Shown here: positions 15,501 to 16,492 of the stretch, one piece after another | How positions within the stretch are numbered: position 1 is the first letter of the stretch | Layout: each line of letters opens with the position of its first letter | NCBI GenBank assembly: GCA_964584035.1 | Contig: CAZOYL010000054.1 | Location: 1-16,492, forward strand | Direction of reading: 5' to 3' | DNA from: an uncultured Gemmatimonadota bacterium | GTDB lineage: Bacteria; SM23-81 | DNA: 16,492 nt | Made by a program: the position numbers and the translations under genes | The notes under the pieces: generated by a model | The model's database searches: none | The model's input: only the letters and a program-made list of their open reading frames with translations | What the model was told of the DNA's origin: nothing

Positions 15501-16492
15501 CCTCACCGGAGGGATCGTGACCGCTCGTTTCGACAGGGACACGGCCGTCATCGACTCCCTGTTCATGCGCTTTGGGGAAGGAACCGTCTTTATCTCCGGC
15601 CGCGCGGCTCATAGCCGCGGGGAGCTGACGGACGTGGATCTGCAAACCCGGGTCAGGGGAGTGCATATCAACCGGCCCCAAGAGATCGACGCCCGGATCC
15701 AATCGATCGACATGGACTATCGAAAAGCAAATGGATCATATCTTCTCGAAGGGGATGTCGTCTTAGGTGAAACACGTTTTCTGGCCAATTTCAAACCGCA
15801 ATCCGTTTCTCCCTTTGCTCAGCGGGTTGAACGTCCCAAGAAGGAGCTTCCCGCCATCCTGGCACAGACCCGTCTTGACCTTCGTCTCCGGGAAAGCGAA
15901 CATATCTGGGTGGATAACAATCTGGCACGCCTGCGTCTGCACGCCGAATTAGGCGTCATCGGCACCGCCGCGCGGCCGAACTTATCCGGGCGGGTTTCCG
16001 TGGAGGAAGGCTATATTCTCTATTTAGACCGCAAATTCAAGATCCAGAAGGGCACCGTAGACTTCGCCGATCCCCACCGCCTCAACCCCATCATCGACCT
16101 CACAGCCGAGTCGTCCATCAGCAGCTATCAAGAGCAAGAGTGGCAGACCTATCTTATCGCCCTCTCGGTACAGGGACCATTGGATGAGGTCCAGGTGGCG
16201 CTCACCTCGGAGCCGTCCCTCGACAAATCCGACATCGTCTCGCTGCTGACCCTGGGCCGAACCCGAGGACAACTGAGCAGCCGTGAGGAGGGCAGCAATG
16301 CCCTCGTCGAACGGGCCAAGGATTTCTCCAGCAGAAGGATCACCGGTTACACGGAAAGGAAGCTGGGCCGGCTGCTGGGCCTGGAACAGATCACCATCGA
16401 GGGCAATCTGTTTCAATTCGACAAATCGTGGGGGCCGAGACTGGTGGCTTCCAAAAAAATCTCCAAACGCATGGATGTAACCTATACGACCA
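12532..16492 (+). CDS. tamB: TamB/AsmA-like translocation-assembly / bridge-like lipid-transfer protein, 3'-truncated (>1320 aa), missing from the ORF track
   Basis: Hand translation from ATG 12532 finds no stop to the window end. N-terminal TM anchor MRSQPQARHLAIRLLAAVSLFLLILLIVLLTLLTL and an AsmA-like start (LSLQSLELDGLNVAVHRDSSGILNI). Repeated amphipathic beta strands with G-T/S-L-x-x-P turns. C-terminal DUF490/TamB-type motifs IWVDNNLARL, GTAARPNLSGRVSVEEG, KFKIQKGTVDF.DP..LNPIIDLTAE, LTSEPSLDKSDIVSLLTLG, LGLEQITI and ASKKISKRMDVTY. Confidence 0.88.
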   Translation, partial: MRSQPQARHLAIRLLAAVSLFLLILLIVLLTLLTLSPGERFLKGLAEKQLQKALQQEVRIGELKTNLLSRLQIRDVKVYQPLSAGEERVLLSLEYAGAQYRLTGLFHRQLSLQSLELDGLNVAVHRDSSGILNIPQSKPDGKSDADTQGSSFGVLLGRLTIQNSSFQYYDARVPIEGRFEDLSGAIEYGGQDTYRYHIEIDSIFTIYKEVSLALHRWQMSGSWHPRLWTVDSVSVNLPDLALTGRAEVLQDDGQPIITGKVQVQGNPGSLWRQTSPLFAGRMPLLDGQINLIATLEGPLAEPRIQAQLDVTDFQGASIHLPRGSLTAKWESGTATLEKLQLEVLGGRLSGSGRYRADSLNAFDLALDVQAVDIAQTWQMLYQEASPYLGEISGKVSLSGTGHQPEDWTASANIQLQQVQYRSQRIPDYIARLSYDGGMARLSLDHQDSRISARARLEDDRLTGSFSVDIADLEPLAAMANVQELTGTMEIRGDLSGTLSSPQAAMNLTGRNIFYQNFPVDTLSGSINYQNGQLSVSDMFCRGDLTVADTLRAPFHLQGFRGTMSYQGEVSGSIDEPVASLNVILHQFGYGEYRIDQGRLQIGLKHRLAELKYLDMRRDSLLVRAAGQADVADRRGTCQLDIFQIRSGPDSLAPGRPTSSRRLVEDGENPFLIGATTGAFDFSKPDLPALQLNGELLDLGPLAGALPRPVVITGSLKFDLKTQGTLDNPRAELACRGYEIGRGSAEIDSIRAHLVFADRQVRLTSLDVFEQDHHSLASALVALTKTDSGRYALSNQSAFRGRIQGQKLDLAIARIFLPPEAEIAGLCSYDLSWEGTLANPHPFGTIQIQQGTFRGNPSAPPIEQIDLALSLQDSVLNVDRLTASFRQTPLFLRGQMIASQFRNFHVQLDLSVADFGTIASRGTITPDALQLTADIKEMDLSLVQPFFTTLRKLSGTLNTEMLLTGSPQDPRLNGQLSIRQLIFQPQGLDTPLTGGIVTARFDRDTAVIDSLFMRFGEGTVFISGRAAHSRGELTDVDLQTRVRGVHINRPQEIDARIQSIDMDYRKANGSYLLEGDVVLGETRFLANFKPQSVSPFAQRVERPKKELPAILAQTRLDLRLRESEHIWVDNNLARLRLHAELGVIGTAARPNLSGRVSVEEGYILYLDRKFKIQKGTVDFADPHRLNPIIDLTAESSISSYQEQEWQTYLIALSVQGPLDEVQVALTSEPSLDKSDIVSLLTLGRTRGQLSSREEGSNALVERAKDFSSRRITGYTERKLGRLLGLEQITIEGNLFQFDKSWGPRLVASKKISKRMDVTYTT

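Noticed and set aside
12718..16480. Cluster of small ORFs suggesting a degraded or pseudogene region
   Set aside because: All are explained by the uninterrupted TamB-like frame +1 ORF.
1..16492. CRISPR arrays, tRNA/rRNA, IS/transposase, integrase or phage-defence genes
   Set aside because: No regularly spaced direct repeats, cloverleaf-like sequences or such protein motifs were seen. Intergenic spacers are short and coding space is accounted for.

Overview
Bacterial chromosomal window (high GC, diderm-type gene content) in which every credible gene lies on the + strand. From left to right: the 3' end of an oligopeptide/dipeptide ABC operon (OppC-type then OppB-type permease), a sigma70-like promoter, an archaeal-type DRG/OBG GTPase with TGS domain, a stand-alone STAS anti-sigma-factor antagonist followed by an intrinsic terminator, and transketolase. 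An ~11.4 kb cell-envelope cluster follows: LpoB-like lipoprotein + COG3014-like lipoprotein, a DUF432-like + MscS pair of the kind known from archaea, and an MCE transporter (MlaD/MCE, PqiC-like lipoprotein, STAS-MlaE fusion, MlaF ATPase). The last gene starts 14 nt after mlaF and is a >1320-aa TamB/AsmA-like bridge protein that runs off the window and is absent from the supplied ORF track. The best candidate for an undescribed system is this apparent co-operonic coupling of an ATP-driven MCE lipid transporter with a TamB-type bridge-like lipid-transfer protein. No rRNA, tRNA, CRISPR or transposase was recognised. All family assignments are from motif recognition by eye, not database searches.
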